The notes under the pieces are model-generated. The model worked only from the letters and a program-made list of their open reading frames with translations. It made no database searches and was not told the origin of the DNA. A stretch of DNA of 63,186 nt, counting the filler, from Chiloscyllium plagiosum (Eukaryota), in NCBI RefSeq assembly GCF_004010195.1. It is 5 parts of one record of this genome, joined end to end, with 100 filler letters (N's around TTAATTAATTAA, not from the genome) between each part and the next. Parts side by side here need not be neighbours in the genome. Positions count along the whole stretch, not along the records: positions 35,667 to 53,324 come from NC_057716.1; positions 53,425 to 59,157 come from NC_057716.1; 3 more parts are not named here. One strand, written 5' to 3'. Made by a program: the position numbers and the translations under genes. Positions 45,470 to 58,377 of the stretch are shown in pieces (the stretch's first letter is position 1; each line of letters opens with the position of its first letter).

Positions 45470-47188
45470 CAGGTCATTCTCCTACAATATTGGAATATTG
45501 TGAATACGCAAGTTAGCTGTAACAGAATTAGTGAATTGGGAATGATTCTTTTAAACCCAAACTCCCATTAGCTATTACGCAATTCCATTCCTGGTTATGT
45601 TAAGTCCACTCTAGGTGTTTACAACAGGTCACGAAAAAGAGGTTGGATGATGGGGCAATTTTTTTTAACTTATTGTTGATGTTTTCAAGGATGCTTTTAG
45701 AAATTATTGCAGGAGAAAAAAATTGGATTTCAAGATTCTCCTCATTCTGGACAATGCACAAAGCCATCCTCCCATCACTGGTGAACTTTCTGAAAACATC
45801 AAAGTGTCATTTATACCTTCAAACACAACCTCTCTCATTCAACCCATGGACCAGGGTTCAACAGCAGCTTTTAAAGCTTATTATTTAAGGCACATGTTCA
45901 GGAACCTGATTGCAGCTATTGAATGGGGCTAATGAAGACAGTGTTCTTCAATTTAAGGGCAGCATGGCAGCTCAATAGTTAGCACTGCTGCCTCACAGCG
46001 CCAGGGACCTGGGTTGGAATCCAGCCTCGGGCAACTGTCTGTGTGGAGTTTGCACGTTCTCCCCATGTCTGCGTGGGTTTCCTCCGGGTGCTCCGGTTTA
46101 TTCCCACTCTCCAAAGATGAGCAGGTTAGGTGAATTGGCCTTGCTAAATTGTACCATAGTGTACAGGGATGTATAGGTTAGGTGCATTAGTCAGGGGACA
46201 TATATAGTAATAAGGTAAGAGTCTGGGTGGGTTACTATTTGGGGGAGTCGGTGTGGACTTGTTGGACCAAATAACCTGTTTCTAAACTGTAGGGATTCCA
46301 TGATTCTATGAAGTTTGGAAGAGCTTTAACATTAAGAGCGCTATTGACATCATTGTGGAGGCCTGGGGTGATTTCAATAAGGAATGCTTGCATGCAGTTT
46401 GGCAAAAGTTTCTCCCAGATCTTCTTCATGATTTTGAAGATGTTGAACCATCAGAGAAGCTTCCAGCAATGAAAGAACTTTGTGTAGTTCTTGCAAAACA
46501 TATTGAATTTGACGAAGTGGAGACTGATCTAGAACAACTTGTTGCTGCAGGGGAAATTGAAGCTTGAGATGAAGATGATGATTTCCAGGATGCAGTACCA
46601 TGAAAACTTTCCACTTCTCTTTTGTCTTCTATCCTGCAGCTCTTACAAGACAATGACTACAATGCAGAAAGCAGCAGGATAGCAGTTCATAACATGAAGT
46701 GTTATCTAGCACCCTATGAACAGCTTCTTCATGAAAGAAAAAAGATAACAAAGCAGCAAAAACTAGTTACCTTTTTTAAGCCAATGCCCAAGAAACAGTC
46801 TGAGGACAATGAACCACAGCCATCCACTTCTGGACCAAATATTTTCCTTAGTCGTAGCTCTGTACCCAGAACTGCATCTGAGAATAATGATGATGCTGAT
46901 GATGACCCTCAGCCCCTGTCCTAATACAGTACTGTAACTCAGCAAACTCAGAAATCCCTTGAAGTTTAAACTTGTTGTATTATTTCTTTTAAAATGTGAT
47001 TTTAGCATTTACTTATACTGTGCTATCGTTTGTGTTAGGCTACCTACTATTTTTGTTTTGATTTTTACTGATATTTTTGGTGGTTCGCCCCAACCCTGTT
47101 ATTCCCATTGACCTGTTATTGCTACTGCGTGATTTTTTTAAAACACGATCACAAGAACGTAACTACCGTGTTATATCAGACCAGACTG
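45470..47188 (+). mobile_element. Tigger/pogo (Tc1-mariner) transposon with DDE_1 transposase remnant
   Basis: TA|CAG...CTG|TA termini; KILLILDNAQSHP..FIPSNTTSLIQPMDQG..AFKAYY (45723-45932); AW..F.KECLHAVWQK. Confidence 0.92.
45957..46310 (+). mobile_element. V-SINE inserted in the Tigger transposase
   Basis: Full head, V-domain and tail. Confidence 0.92.
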
Positions 47189-47489
47189 TAATTAATAAAT
47201 GCTCCTGACAGCTTGCATTGTACAGCAGTTCTCAGTATTATGAGAACATTCGGTACCTCCCTAAATAAAAAAAAATTACTGGCACATTGGCAATGTCCCT
47301 ATTGCTAGGCAAGGAGATTGAGGTTTAAGTCTCTCTTGCTTTGGAGGTGCATTAAAATAGCTACATCTTACTTTTACGACAAGGACGATCCAATTTTCAG
47401 AGGATTAGGCAGCTAATCCATGCCACAATCACCAAGTGGGCCACAAACAATTGAAATATTTTTCTGTTATGAATAATACCAGACAGTAA

Positions 47490-47728
47490 TAAGGAGATGC
47501 TTTCCCGCCCCCTCAAAAAGGTTCATGAATCTTTGGAACTGTTTTCACCATCTTTTGAGGAAGTGAGAGTCTCTTAATATTTTTAAAACAGAGGTAGAAA
47601 AGAAAAGGAGTGACATGTTATAGCAGATTGACAGGAGAGCAGAGTAATCACATCAGCTTTAATCTTACTGAATAGTGAAGCAGGTTCAAGGACCAAGTGG
47701 CCTTCTTCTGCTCCTAATCTATATGTTC
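47490..47728 (+). mobile_element. Old CR1 3' end
   Basis: GAATCTTTGGAAC..ACATCAGC..GCAGGTTCAAGGACCAAGTGGCCTTCTTCTGCTCCTA. Confidence 0.7.
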
Positions 47729-48554
47729 AAAACATTCTGCTCAGTCTGCCCAGTGAAAACTGAGGGGAAGACTCTTAAAATTGGCGAGGAGTCATTTTAG
47801 TTTTCCCACCAGGTGAAGTCAACACAAAGACCATGTGAGACAAGAAGATGCCTAAACAGCAAATTCTATTTATAAAACAAATTCTCATGGCGGTTCAAGA
47901 ATGGTCCTCAAAGGCCCATAAGCAAAGTTCAAATCTTCCTTCCCTCTTGCAGATTGGGAGATCCCTCTGAGATCTTCCTCTTGTGATAAACCCAATTGCT
48001 AGCTCAAGATACTGACTGACAGACTGGTGTCCTCTGGACTATTCATTAATGACCATCAGCCTTATGGGGTCATTTACATAGGGCCTACAAATGAAAACCC
48101 TCATGCTAGTGACATCTAGGAGTTTGGGTTCCCAGTCAAATCTCTGTCCAGCTTATTCTCTTCAGGGCACACGTCATACACATCATGTTTTTTTTCACAT
48201 ATTTCATTTTTTAAAGCTCCCACACAGTAGGAATATGAACCTAAAAAAAAGTCCATAAATGTAATCAAAACCTGGCTGATGTGCTAAAATTTTGGAATTT
48301 CCATTGTTACTAATACCACTACAAACATTACCGTTGACACTCTCATTGTGAATGTTTCCCAAGTCAGCTACTATTTTGAATATACTGTTACTTTATTTAG
48401 CTTTATGTGTTTTTTTAGTTTACCCAGTCCAAGCCCCAAGTCACATTGTCTGAGAGATATTAGCAAGGTTAACTGGGTCCATACTACACACATTCTGTGG
48501 CAAACATATTCAGACTCTGGAAGTACAGGAAAGAAAGTAAAAGTTAATAAATTT

Positions 48555-48980
48555 GCCCATATTTATAGGCTGCCTTTCACTTCCTGATGCTCCATATCTC
48601 TTCATAATCAAGCACAGTGATTACTGTGTATTGGCAAATGTGACAGCTACGTTGTGCACAACAAAATCAAAACACCAAAAAGATAATCAAGATCATTTAT
48701 TTTTTTCTTTGTGGTGCTGGTTGAGTGACAAAGTTTGGTCAGAACATGGGGAGAACCTCTTGTTCTTTTTACGAACCATCATGGGATGTTTTCCATCAGC
48801 CTAACAAAGTAAAGAGCCTTGGCTAAATTTTCCAGCCAAAAAAATGGCATCTATAACATTGGAGCAATCCCTCAGTGCTGCCTTGAAGTGTCAGCCTGAA
48901 AAGAATGCATACTGAGGTCCTACACGAGGGTTTAATTAAAGAACACATCTGAATACGAGAACACAGCCATTTAACCAGAT
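48555..48980 (-). mobile_element. Degraded DeuSINE (SacSINE1/AmnSINE1-like)
   Basis: Reverse Deu-domain-like blocks ATTTATAGGCTGCCTTTCAC, GGGGAGAACCTCTTG..CATGGGATGTTTT, GCAATCCCTCAGTGCTGC..GTGTCAGCCT. Confidence 0.65.
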
Positions 48981-50550
48981 ACCTGCAAGAGAGTGCACAC
49001 TTCAGCCAACTTGTTCAAAGCTGCTACTTTGGAGAAGTGAGCAATAAAATGCCACTGATTAGTTTAAAGACAAATACATCTTTCTATATTTTTTGCTCTG
49101 TAGCTTTCTGGTAAGCCTTATTATGAATACTGCTCTGAGCATTCATTTGATCTTTCAAATACTGAGAGCCCTGGAACATCAAAAGTTATGTTAGGTTCAA
49201 CAATTTTTCACAATCTCAAACTGTAATTTTAACAGGGAGAGGAAAAGAGGCATCATAATGTGCTCTGGACAACTACTTGGTGTGGGGGAGAACTCATATC
49301 CTATGTATGTACAGATTTTTCTCTAAATACTGTAAGTCAAAACTGATGTCTTAAAATTGCAAACTTACATCCGAACAATCTGTATATATTCTTCACTGTT
49401 CACCTTTACATCCTGACTAGTGTAATTGAATGAGGAAATAAGTCAAACTGCAATTTTATTTTTATGTCAAGTTCCTTACCAGTTTCTCTTTTACCAGAAT
49501 TAGGTGCAGGAGTCTGGTTGCGACCTCCAGAGACTGTCAGCCAGCTGCCTGGCAATTTCACACAGATAAAGTGTTCTTGGTTTAATGGCTTGAACCAAGT
49601 AGCCTTTGGTTTAAGAAATCATTGTATAGAAAGGCATGTGTCCATCTTTCAAAGGTTTTGTACAGTACTAACATAATCCAAAGTAATTATTATGGCAGAT
49701 GTCACTATAATTGTTTCTTCAAATCTGGACATCTTGTTACAATGAAACCTGAAAAGAGTATTTTTTTTAAAAGCACTGATTTTGGTGGTAATTCATTGTT
49801 AAATTAAAGTTAATCTTGTAATCTCCTGAATATTACAGAAAGAATTGTATTTTAAAACTTTTCAGCAATTTATAATGCACATTATATAATCTACATGTAG
49901 TGTAACATGTGTTACATCAAATGTGGCTCAATAAAAATATGCTAAACTATTAACAAATTCAATGAAACCTCGGTATGTGTGAGACAATCCCATGTGGTTA
50001 TGATGCCAAGCATAGCAGTCATTTTGCACAACAATCACCAAAATTTCAAAGCAATTCATTGTGTGTAAGCATTTCAGGACATTTGAGATATGTAATAAAA
50101 TGTTATATAAATTAATGTCTGATATTTCCTTGCACCTTCAAAACATGTAACTTTCAGGTGAGATCAAATGTTAAACCCAGGCTTCATCTGTGAGTGTTAA
50201 AAATACTGAGGGAGTGTTCAAGCATCACAACTTCAATTCTCTTTTCTTTATTAATCTGCTGCAGCACAATATTCTTCAGAAATGTTTCTGCTACTTTATG
50301 ATATGCCACATTCATAAAAGTTGCAACTACCCTGGTAGTTCGAAGTCACGATTGATTTTCTATCAACTGCAAAATTTTCTATCAACCTTTTCACACCAGT
50401 TTTACTTTCAAAATACCAAACTGACAAAACCTCAGACATTTAAAGCAAATGGCCCCAGTAAGTGGTAATGCTGCAATTAACATTTTTGAATATTAACCAG
50501 ATAGAGATGCTCTATCACGTCATGGAACTATTTTCTAATCTACCGATTAA

Positions 50551-50850
50551 GATTAAATTAGATTAGATTACTTACAGTGTGGAGACAGGCCCTTCGGCCC
50601 AACAAGTCCACACCGCCCCGCCGAAGCGCAACCCACCCATACCCCTACATTTACTCCTTACCTAACACTACGGGCAATTTAGTATGGCCAATTCACCTGA
50701 CCTGCACATCTTTGGACTGTGGGAGGAAACTGGAGCACCCGGAGGAAACCCACGCAAACTCCACACAGTCAGTCGCCTGAGGCGGGAATTGAACCCGGGT
50801 CTCTGGCGCTGTGAGGCAGCAGTGCTAACCACTGTGCCACCGTGCCGCCC
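50551..50850 (-). mobile_element. Young V-SINE (HE1-like)
   Basis: CpG-rich, close to the reverse complement of 6568-6886. Confidence 0.93.
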
Positions 50851-51304
50851 ACAAAAAGATTAAGAGATGTCAAAACTGTACTATGTCCTAATCCGAAGTG
50901 TACAACCAACACCAATTGCAAATTCCCATTTTCACACGACAGCACATCAACTTCCCACAAAAAGGCAGTCCAAGGGCTTGCAACTATTGATATCAACATT
51001 AGGTACCTTGATCCTTATGTGTGTGCAGTTTATCTGTTTAAATATCCTTATTTTTAAAATCGGGAAAATAATTAGCATTCAGTATTAACAGAAATTCAAA
51101 ACCACGCACTTTTCTAAAGAAATCATTTGTTTAAATGGCAGAACTACAACATTGTGAAACCAAGCTCATTTTGCGATAAACAGACCCAGGATTCTAATGC
51201 TAGCATTTGAGAGAGTCACACTCGCATTGGATAACCTCCGATGCTTAAAAAGAAACATTCGTTTATAAAATACTTATCGGTAAGAACAAACAAAATAAAA
51301 TAAC

Positions 51305-51438
51305 CCTGAATTCCTGAAGAAGGGCCTGTGCCCGAAACGTCAAATCTCCTGTTCCCTGGATGCTGCCTGCCCTGCTGTGCTGTTCCAGCAATAAAGTTTC
51401 AACTTTGATCTCCAGCATCTGCAGACCTCACTTTCTCC
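51305..51438 (+). mobile_element. Penelope-like terminal fragment with hammerhead core (51314-51341)
   Basis: CTGAAGA-A-GGGC-CTGT-GCCC-GAAACGTC and shared tail CTCCAGCATCTGCAG.CCTCACTTTCTCC. Confidence 0.85.
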
Positions 51439-51619
51439 CTGAAAATGGTTGGGTATACTCAACCTCAAAGGGGTTCAGTGTGACCAAAGGCTGGTTTGGA
51501 AATTGAGGCCCGTTGGGTTTCTGTCTCCTTTTGACACTCGGGACATGGAACTGACCAACAATCGAGAAATATCAAGATATGGCGGTCGCAGAAAGCCAAT
51601 GTGAGGTCAGAAGGGTGGC

Positions 51620-53324
51620 CCAACATCAACATCCTTCTCCAATACTGTGTCCATCATCAACAACGACTTCCACCATCACCAGGTCCATTACAACAACAAC
51701 AACCACCTCCATCACCAGGTCCATCACCAACAACAACAACCTCCACCAACACCAGGTCCATGATCAACAAAAACAACAACAACCTCTGTCACTTGGTTCC
51801 ATCAACAACAACAACCTCCTCCATCACTGGCTCCAACAACAACGATAACCTCCTCTGTCACTGGGTCCATCACCAACAACAACATCCTCCAACCCCAGGT
51901 CCATCACCATCAACAACATCCTCCATCACCAGGACCATCACCATCAACAACCTTATCCATCACAGGGTCCATCACCATCCACAACAACCTCCTCCATCTC
52001 CAGGTCCATTACCAATAACAACTTCCTCCATCACCAACATCAACAACTACCTCATGCATCACCAGGGCAATCATTGTGAACAACAACAACATCCTCCATT
52101 ACCGGATCCATCACCATCAACAACAACCTCCACCATCACCGGATCCATCACCATTAACAACAACAACAACCTCCTCCATCACCAGGTCCATCATCAACAA
52201 CAACAACAACAATCTCCATCACCAGGTCCATCATCAACAACAACCTCCTCTATGACCGGATCCATCACCAACAACAACAGCAACCCCATCCATCACCGGG
52301 TTCATCACCAACAACAACCTCCTCCATCACCAGGTCCAACAACAACCTCCTCCATCACTCGTTCCATCACCAACAACAACCTCCTCCTCCATCACGGGAC
52401 AATCACCAGCAACAATTTCCTCCATCATTCGGTTCATCACCAACAACAACGGCATCCTCCTCCTTCACCGGGTCCATCACCAACAACAACAACAACAACC
52501 TCCTCCATCACCAGATCCATCACCATTAACAACAACAACCTCCTCCATCACCAGATCCATCACCATTAACAACAACAACCTCCTCCATCACTGGGTCCAT
52601 CACGAACAACAACAACAACCTCTTCCATCACCGGAACCATCACACCAACAACAAATCATCCGCCATCAACGGGTCCATCACCATTGACGACAACTTCCTC
52701 CATCACCGGGACAATCACCTACAAAAACAACAACCTCCTCCAACACAGGGTCCATCACCTACAAAAACAACAACCTCCTCCATCACCGGGTGCATCACCA
52801 ACAACCACAACAACCTCAACCATCACTGGGACAATCACCAACAATTTCCTCCATCACTCCGTCCATCGCCAACAACAACCGCAACCTCCACCATCACCGC
52901 GTCCATCACCAACAACAACAATAACAATCTCCATCACCAGGTCCATCATCAACAACAACCTCCTCTATGACCGGAACCATCACCATCAACAACAGCAACT
53001 CCATCCATCACCGGGTCCATCACCAACTACATTAGCCACCTTCATCGCCAGGGCCATCACGAACAACAACCTCCTCCATCACTGAGTCCAACACCAACAG
53101 CAAACTCCTCCATCACCAGGACCATCACCAACAACAACAACCTCCTCCATCTCCGGGACCATCACCAACAACAACCTCCTCGATCACCGCGTCCCTCACC
53201 AACAACAACTTCCTCCATCACCAGGACCATCACCAACAACAACCTGCTCCATCACCGGGTCCATCACCAACAACAACCTCCTCCATCACCGCGTCCCTCA
53301 CCAACAACAACCTCCTCCATCACC
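51620..53324. repeat. Degenerate C/A-rich minisatellite (CAACAACAACCTCCTCCATCACCGGGTCCATCAC-type units)
   Basis: Dozens of imperfect 30-40 bp units running into a linker. Confidence 0.92.
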
Positions 53325-53424
53325 NNNNNNNNNNNNNNNNNNNNNNNNNNNNNNNNNNNNNNNNNNNNTTAATTAATTAANNNNNNNNNNNNNNNNNNNN
53401 NNNNNNNNNNNNNNNNNNNNNNNN
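53325..53424. other. Artificial contig linker
   Basis: 44N-TTAATTAATTAA-44N. Confidence 0.97.
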
Positions 53425-53986
53425 AGAGTCGTGAAGTGGTGTTGCAACTGTACAGGACTTTGGTCAGGCCACATTTGGAGTATTGTGTGCAGTTCTGGTC
53501 GCCTCACTTTAGGAAAGATGTGGAAGCTTTGGAGAGGGTGCAGAGAAGATTTACCAGGATGTTGCCTGGAATGGAGAGGAAGTCGTACGAGGATAGGTTG
53601 AGAGTTCTCGGCCTTTTCTCATTGGAACGGCGAAGGATGAGGGGTGACTTGATAGAGGTTTATAAGATGATCAGAGGAATAGATAGAGTAGACAGTCAGA
53701 AACTTTTTCCCCGGGTGCAACAGAGTGTTACAAGGGGACATAAATTTAAGGTGAAGGGTGGAAGGTATAGGGGAGATGTCAGGGGTGGGTTCTTTACCCA
53801 GAGAGTGGTGGGGGCATGGAATGCGCTGCCTGTGAGAGTGGTAGAGTCAGAATCTTTGGTGACCTTTAAGCGGCAATTGGATAGGTACATGGATGGGTGT
53901 TTAAGCTAGGACAAATGTTCGGCACAACATCGTGGGCCGAAGGGCCTGTTCTGTGCTGTATTGTTCTATGTGCTATGTTCTATGTT
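53425..53986 (+). mobile_element. Young CR1 3' end, same subfamily as 11822-13069
   Basis: Intact ORF2 C-terminus LYRTLVRPHLEYCVQFWSP..RGH..FFTQRVV; (TATGTTC)n tail. Confidence 0.95.
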
Positions 53987-53994
53987 CATCATAT

Positions 53995-54808
53995 ACTGAA
54001 GCAGTCCATGTTCAAATGCAACAAGGTCTAGACAATATCCAGGCTTGGACTGACAAATGCTAAGTGACATTTGCACCACATAAATGCCAGGAAATTACTA
54101 TTGTCAATAAGACACTACCTAACCACATCCCTTGACATTCAATGGAATACACCTGGGGTCCCCATTGACCAAAACTCAATTGGACACACCACATCAGAGT
54201 GGTTACAAAAGCAGATCAGATGTTAGGAATACTGTGGTGAATAATTCACCTCCTGACTCTCCAAAGCCTGTCCACCATCTACAAGGCACAAGTCAGGAAT
54301 GTGATGGAATACTCTCCACTTGCCTAGATGGATGCCACTCCAACAACACTCAAAAAGCTTGACACCATCCAGGATAAAGCAGCCCGCTTGACTGGCACCA
54401 CATCATAAGCATCTAGTCCCTCCATCATCAACGCTCATTAGCAGTATGGCATATTATCTACAAGATGCACTGTAGAAATTTACCAAAGATCTTTAGACAG
54501 CATCTTCTAAACCCATGATTACTTCTATCTGGAAGGACAAGCACAGCAGATACATGGGAACACCATCACCTGAAAGTTTCACTCCAAGCCACTCACTATC
54601 CAGACTTGGAAATATATTGCTTTTCCTTCACTCGCACTGGGTCAAAACTCTGGTAATCCCTCCCCAAGGCCATTTTGGGTCAACATGCAGCATATAGACT
54701 GCAGTGGTTCAAGGAGGCAGCTCACCATCTTCTCAAGGGAACTAGGACCAGGTAATAAATGCTGGCCAACCAGTGATGCCCACGACCCATGAGTGAATTT
54801 TTTTCTTA
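53995..54808 (+). mobile_element. Second CR1/L2-group LINE family, 3' part
   Basis: LSTIYKAQVRNVMEYS.LA..D..QKLDTIQDKAARL motifs; tail AATAAATGCTGGCC..GATGCCCAC. Confidence 0.8.
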
Positions 54809-56619
54809 AACTTGACATTTCAGCTCATTATTGAAGCTTTGGAGAAATGCCTATGCATTTGACAATCTTAAGGATGTCCACCACAATAAACTGATTTGTC
54901 AGAATCTGAAAGCGATCTGGCTTCCTCTAACTCTGCTGCCACCACAGGACAGCAACACATAAAATTAAAGACAAAGAGGCTGCTGAAACAGTCAGAATGG
55001 CATAAAGGATACCACTTTCAAAGTCACTAAAATCAAAATTTAAATATCTCTTAAGGACCAATATCTTATTGTTTCCTTGGAAGTGATACTCATACTTTAT
55101 TTCTGACCCCACATTGCCCATTTGCAGATTAAAGGATGAAATGGAATGAAACTATAAATTCCTCGTGCAGGGTGTAAGATGTAACATGGCAATACGCGTT
55201 GGCTGTTGAGACATGGTTGCAGGAAGCAGATAACACAGTCATCTATACTGTGATTGTCATGGCAACAGATGGCAAATGACATTCATTCTGCCCTCAATAG
55301 CTTGACAAGAATGTCTGCAGGAAACTGCAGGTCTCTCTGGCTGTTCGATCTGTGCCAGCATCCATTATGGAACTCCTATGAATATCCATGCACTATTGAC
55401 ATATCCAACTAATCATCTTCCTCCAAGGAACAAGTGCCAGAATGTACAGAGCTCAACATAATACTTGATAGCCCATATTACAGGGATCACCTTTCATTTT
55501 TCTAAACTGCAGCAGATAGAGGCATAACCTATTCCATCTTTCTTCACAAGATAAGCATCCCAAGAAGGAATCCAGTTATTATTCTCTGAAATGCTTCTAA
55601 ATTAATTACTTTATTTTTCAAATAAGCACACCAAAACTGTATAGAGTGTGGTTTCAACAATACCCTGTTCAGATGCAGGAAACTTCCCTACTTTTAGTTC
55701 GGATTTTCCAAATAGTCAGAAATCCATTTTTGCTCCACAGATAGGAGTTGCACATTGGGTCACTGGAATCCCCAACATGGTGGAGTCCAAGTGAACTGCC
55801 TTGAAAATTGAAGGTTCTGATGGGCAATTCCCTTTTGCTTAGAACTCTCTGAAAGTATCCAACCTTCAAAGTATCAACATCAGAGATTTTAGAGGGTTTA
55901 CTGCATTTATGTAAATAGTTATTCAGCAAAGTGTCAAATATTAAAAACATAACCTTAACTCCTAGGAAACTGTTAGACTGAGCCCCAAATTTACCACACC
56001 ATGCCATAACTCCCAACCCATCTCACCCAGCACTTCACAATACCCCAGATCCAGACATGACATCACCCCCAGGACTCAATAAAAGCCCCACTGCTGGGGT
56101 GGGTGGAGAACTCTCACAGGGTAAGGGGGAGTGATCATTGTCAGAGGATTGAGGGTGAGAGTGATCACTGCTGAAACATTGAGGGAGGAAGTGATCGCTG
56201 TCAGGGGAGATGGTGGTAGTTAGGAGGATTTTCATCCTGAACAAGGAAATGCCAGCTGTGGGAGAAGTAAAGTCACCATTGTATTACTGGACTTTTGGGT
56301 TGCACTCTCTTTACAAAGACAACTGGTGAACCAGAACTGAAAACGAATGATTGCAGACACACAGCCTTGGAATATTTAAAATAGAATGGCATCTACTGCC
56401 ACTAGCAAATGGAAATGGGTGGGGAGAATTTTGCTTTGAATTTTTCCAACAACCCTGTGCTATGAGGGATCAGTTGGATTTTATGTAAATTTTCCATTTC
56501 CATAGGAACTGGACCTGAAGTGCAGCAAAAAATGTTGAACTCAAACTAACACAAAAAAAGTGGTGACCCAACAGTATGTGCTATTCCTGAGAAGATTAAG
56601 GCCAAAGTATCATTAGCTT

Positions 56620-56783
56620 AAATCATTAAATCCCTCCAGTGTGGAAGCAGGCCATTCGGCTCATCTAGTCCACAAAGACCCTCCAAAGAGCATCCCTGTA
56701 ACTCTATATTTCCCATGGCTAATCCATCTCGTTTGTACATCCCTAGACACTATAACCAATCCACCTAACCTGCACATCTTTCG
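56620..56783 (-). mobile_element. Partial V-SINE 3' half
   Basis: CAGTGTGGAAGCAGGCCATTCGGC..AATCCACCTAACCTGCACATCTTT. Confidence 0.75.
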
Positions 56784-57329
56784 ACTTCTTAGTAACTATT
56801 TAAAGTCCACATACTCCTCAAATGTTTTTGGTGAAGGACGTTGTTTCAAATGAATAAGTACTCCTGGATCCTTATTTAAATCATAATACTTATATAGCAA
56901 AAGTGCTGCATTTTAAAAGTATTTGAATAATATTCTTAAACAAACAAACATTTACCTCAATGAAAGAGGTGCTTGTTTATCACTGTAGACCTTGTCTGAC
57001 AATGGCAAGAACATGGAAAGAGTACAAGGGAATCGGTGGAAGAACAGAAGCAGGACACTGGTGGGAAGCAAAGCATGAAAGGAGCAGGAGCCTGGTTGCA
57101 GCAGTAGAAAAAATAAAGAGTGCAGTCAGTAGAAGAGAATGTCTCTAGGCATGACTCATTCATTTACTATTAACAGTGTCCTTGGTGGCCATCCACCAGG
57201 GTAGTCATCATAAGAATTCCCAGGAGATCTCTGCTGATGCACAGAAGCTGGAAACATGCAGGACTTTTTCCATGTGGAGTATTCACAAGTGGGCTGGAGT
57301 GTAATATCAGAATACCCTGTATATCTGGC

Positions 57330-58215
57330 CAAAAGGATGGAAACATGTGGGACCTAACTTATATTTCACAAATGAAAAGCAACAAAATGCGGTGGATGGC
57401 CTCCATTAACTAAAGATAACAGTGGGAAAGGGGCCCATGATTGGGGGAAAACAAACCAGCAAGTCTAAATATAATCTTCTATTCACCAAAGATCTGTCAT
57501 AGAGAAGTCAAAACCTTTTAGTAAATACTCAGAGACCAGTCTAGAATTGAAACAGGATATTTTCTTAAAAGTAAACAACCAGAAACTGTGGAGGGGCAAA
57601 GGGACTTCAGGGGCTATGAGTACATACATCATTAGAAACCAATGTACAAATGCCAAAGTAAATCAAAAACACTAATAACATTTTCTCCAATATTTCAAGG
57701 AGGCTAGAATGCAATAGGGAGGAAGGCATGATCCAGTTCAGTACAGAATCTCAGTTTCACCCCTTCTGGTTTAACAACAAATATCATGAAATATGTATTG
57801 ACATTGCAAGGGTTACACCACAAATCCATCAGAATAATATCAAGATTTAATTAATAGGACAGGCTGCACAAATATGAGCTGTATCCCCTTTACAGAGAAA
57901 CCACTTCTGCTGTGAGGAGAATTTGGAATAAGTAGGCCATTCAGCAGTGAAACCAGGATACACCTAGTCTCATATAGCAGTACAGGAATTTAACACCCCA
58001 CTACCCCCTACCCCTACTTCATTCTGCTCTCTGACCCCAAATAAAAAAGTTGTAAATGCTGAGTCAATTAAAATTTTCAGGAGTCAGAGTTCTAAGATTT
58101 TTATGGGGTGGAAAGTTTCAAGACAAGAAATTGAGTCAATGAAGTTGAGGTGCAATTCATCCAAAATCCAATTGAAGGGCTGGATAGGCCTTTGAGAGAA
58201 AGCTGACCTATCTTT
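57330..58215 (+). mobile_element. Old, highly degraded CR1 fragments
   Basis: AGGGACTTCAGGG RT-like block; 3' tail TTGAAGGGCTGGATAGGCC..CTGACCTA. Confidence 0.5.
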
Positions 58216-58377
58216 ACATAGTTAACAGCAATTAAAATATTTTCCACAACCTCAGTTGTGGCATTTCCACAACTGAAGTGGTAAATGAGTTTTGCAAAGG
58301 TGGTCAACAAAATTTCAATCCTTTGATCTGTCATACTGATCTTCTTGTTGAATTTTAGTTCACATACTTAAATACAC

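Noticed and set aside
49368..49547. Two small minus-strand candidate exons (GSWLTVSGGRNQ..., DVKVNSEEY...)
   Set aside because: Phases incompatible, weak acceptors and no recognisable protein
51579..53085. Pro/Gln/Thr/His-rich proteins
   Set aside because: By-product of a stop-poor C/A-rich minisatellite; several frames are open simultaneously
56955..57090. Minus-strand candidate exon
   Set aside because: Only one frame is open, with no recognisable product; the plus strand resembles decayed Harbinger-type repeat sequence
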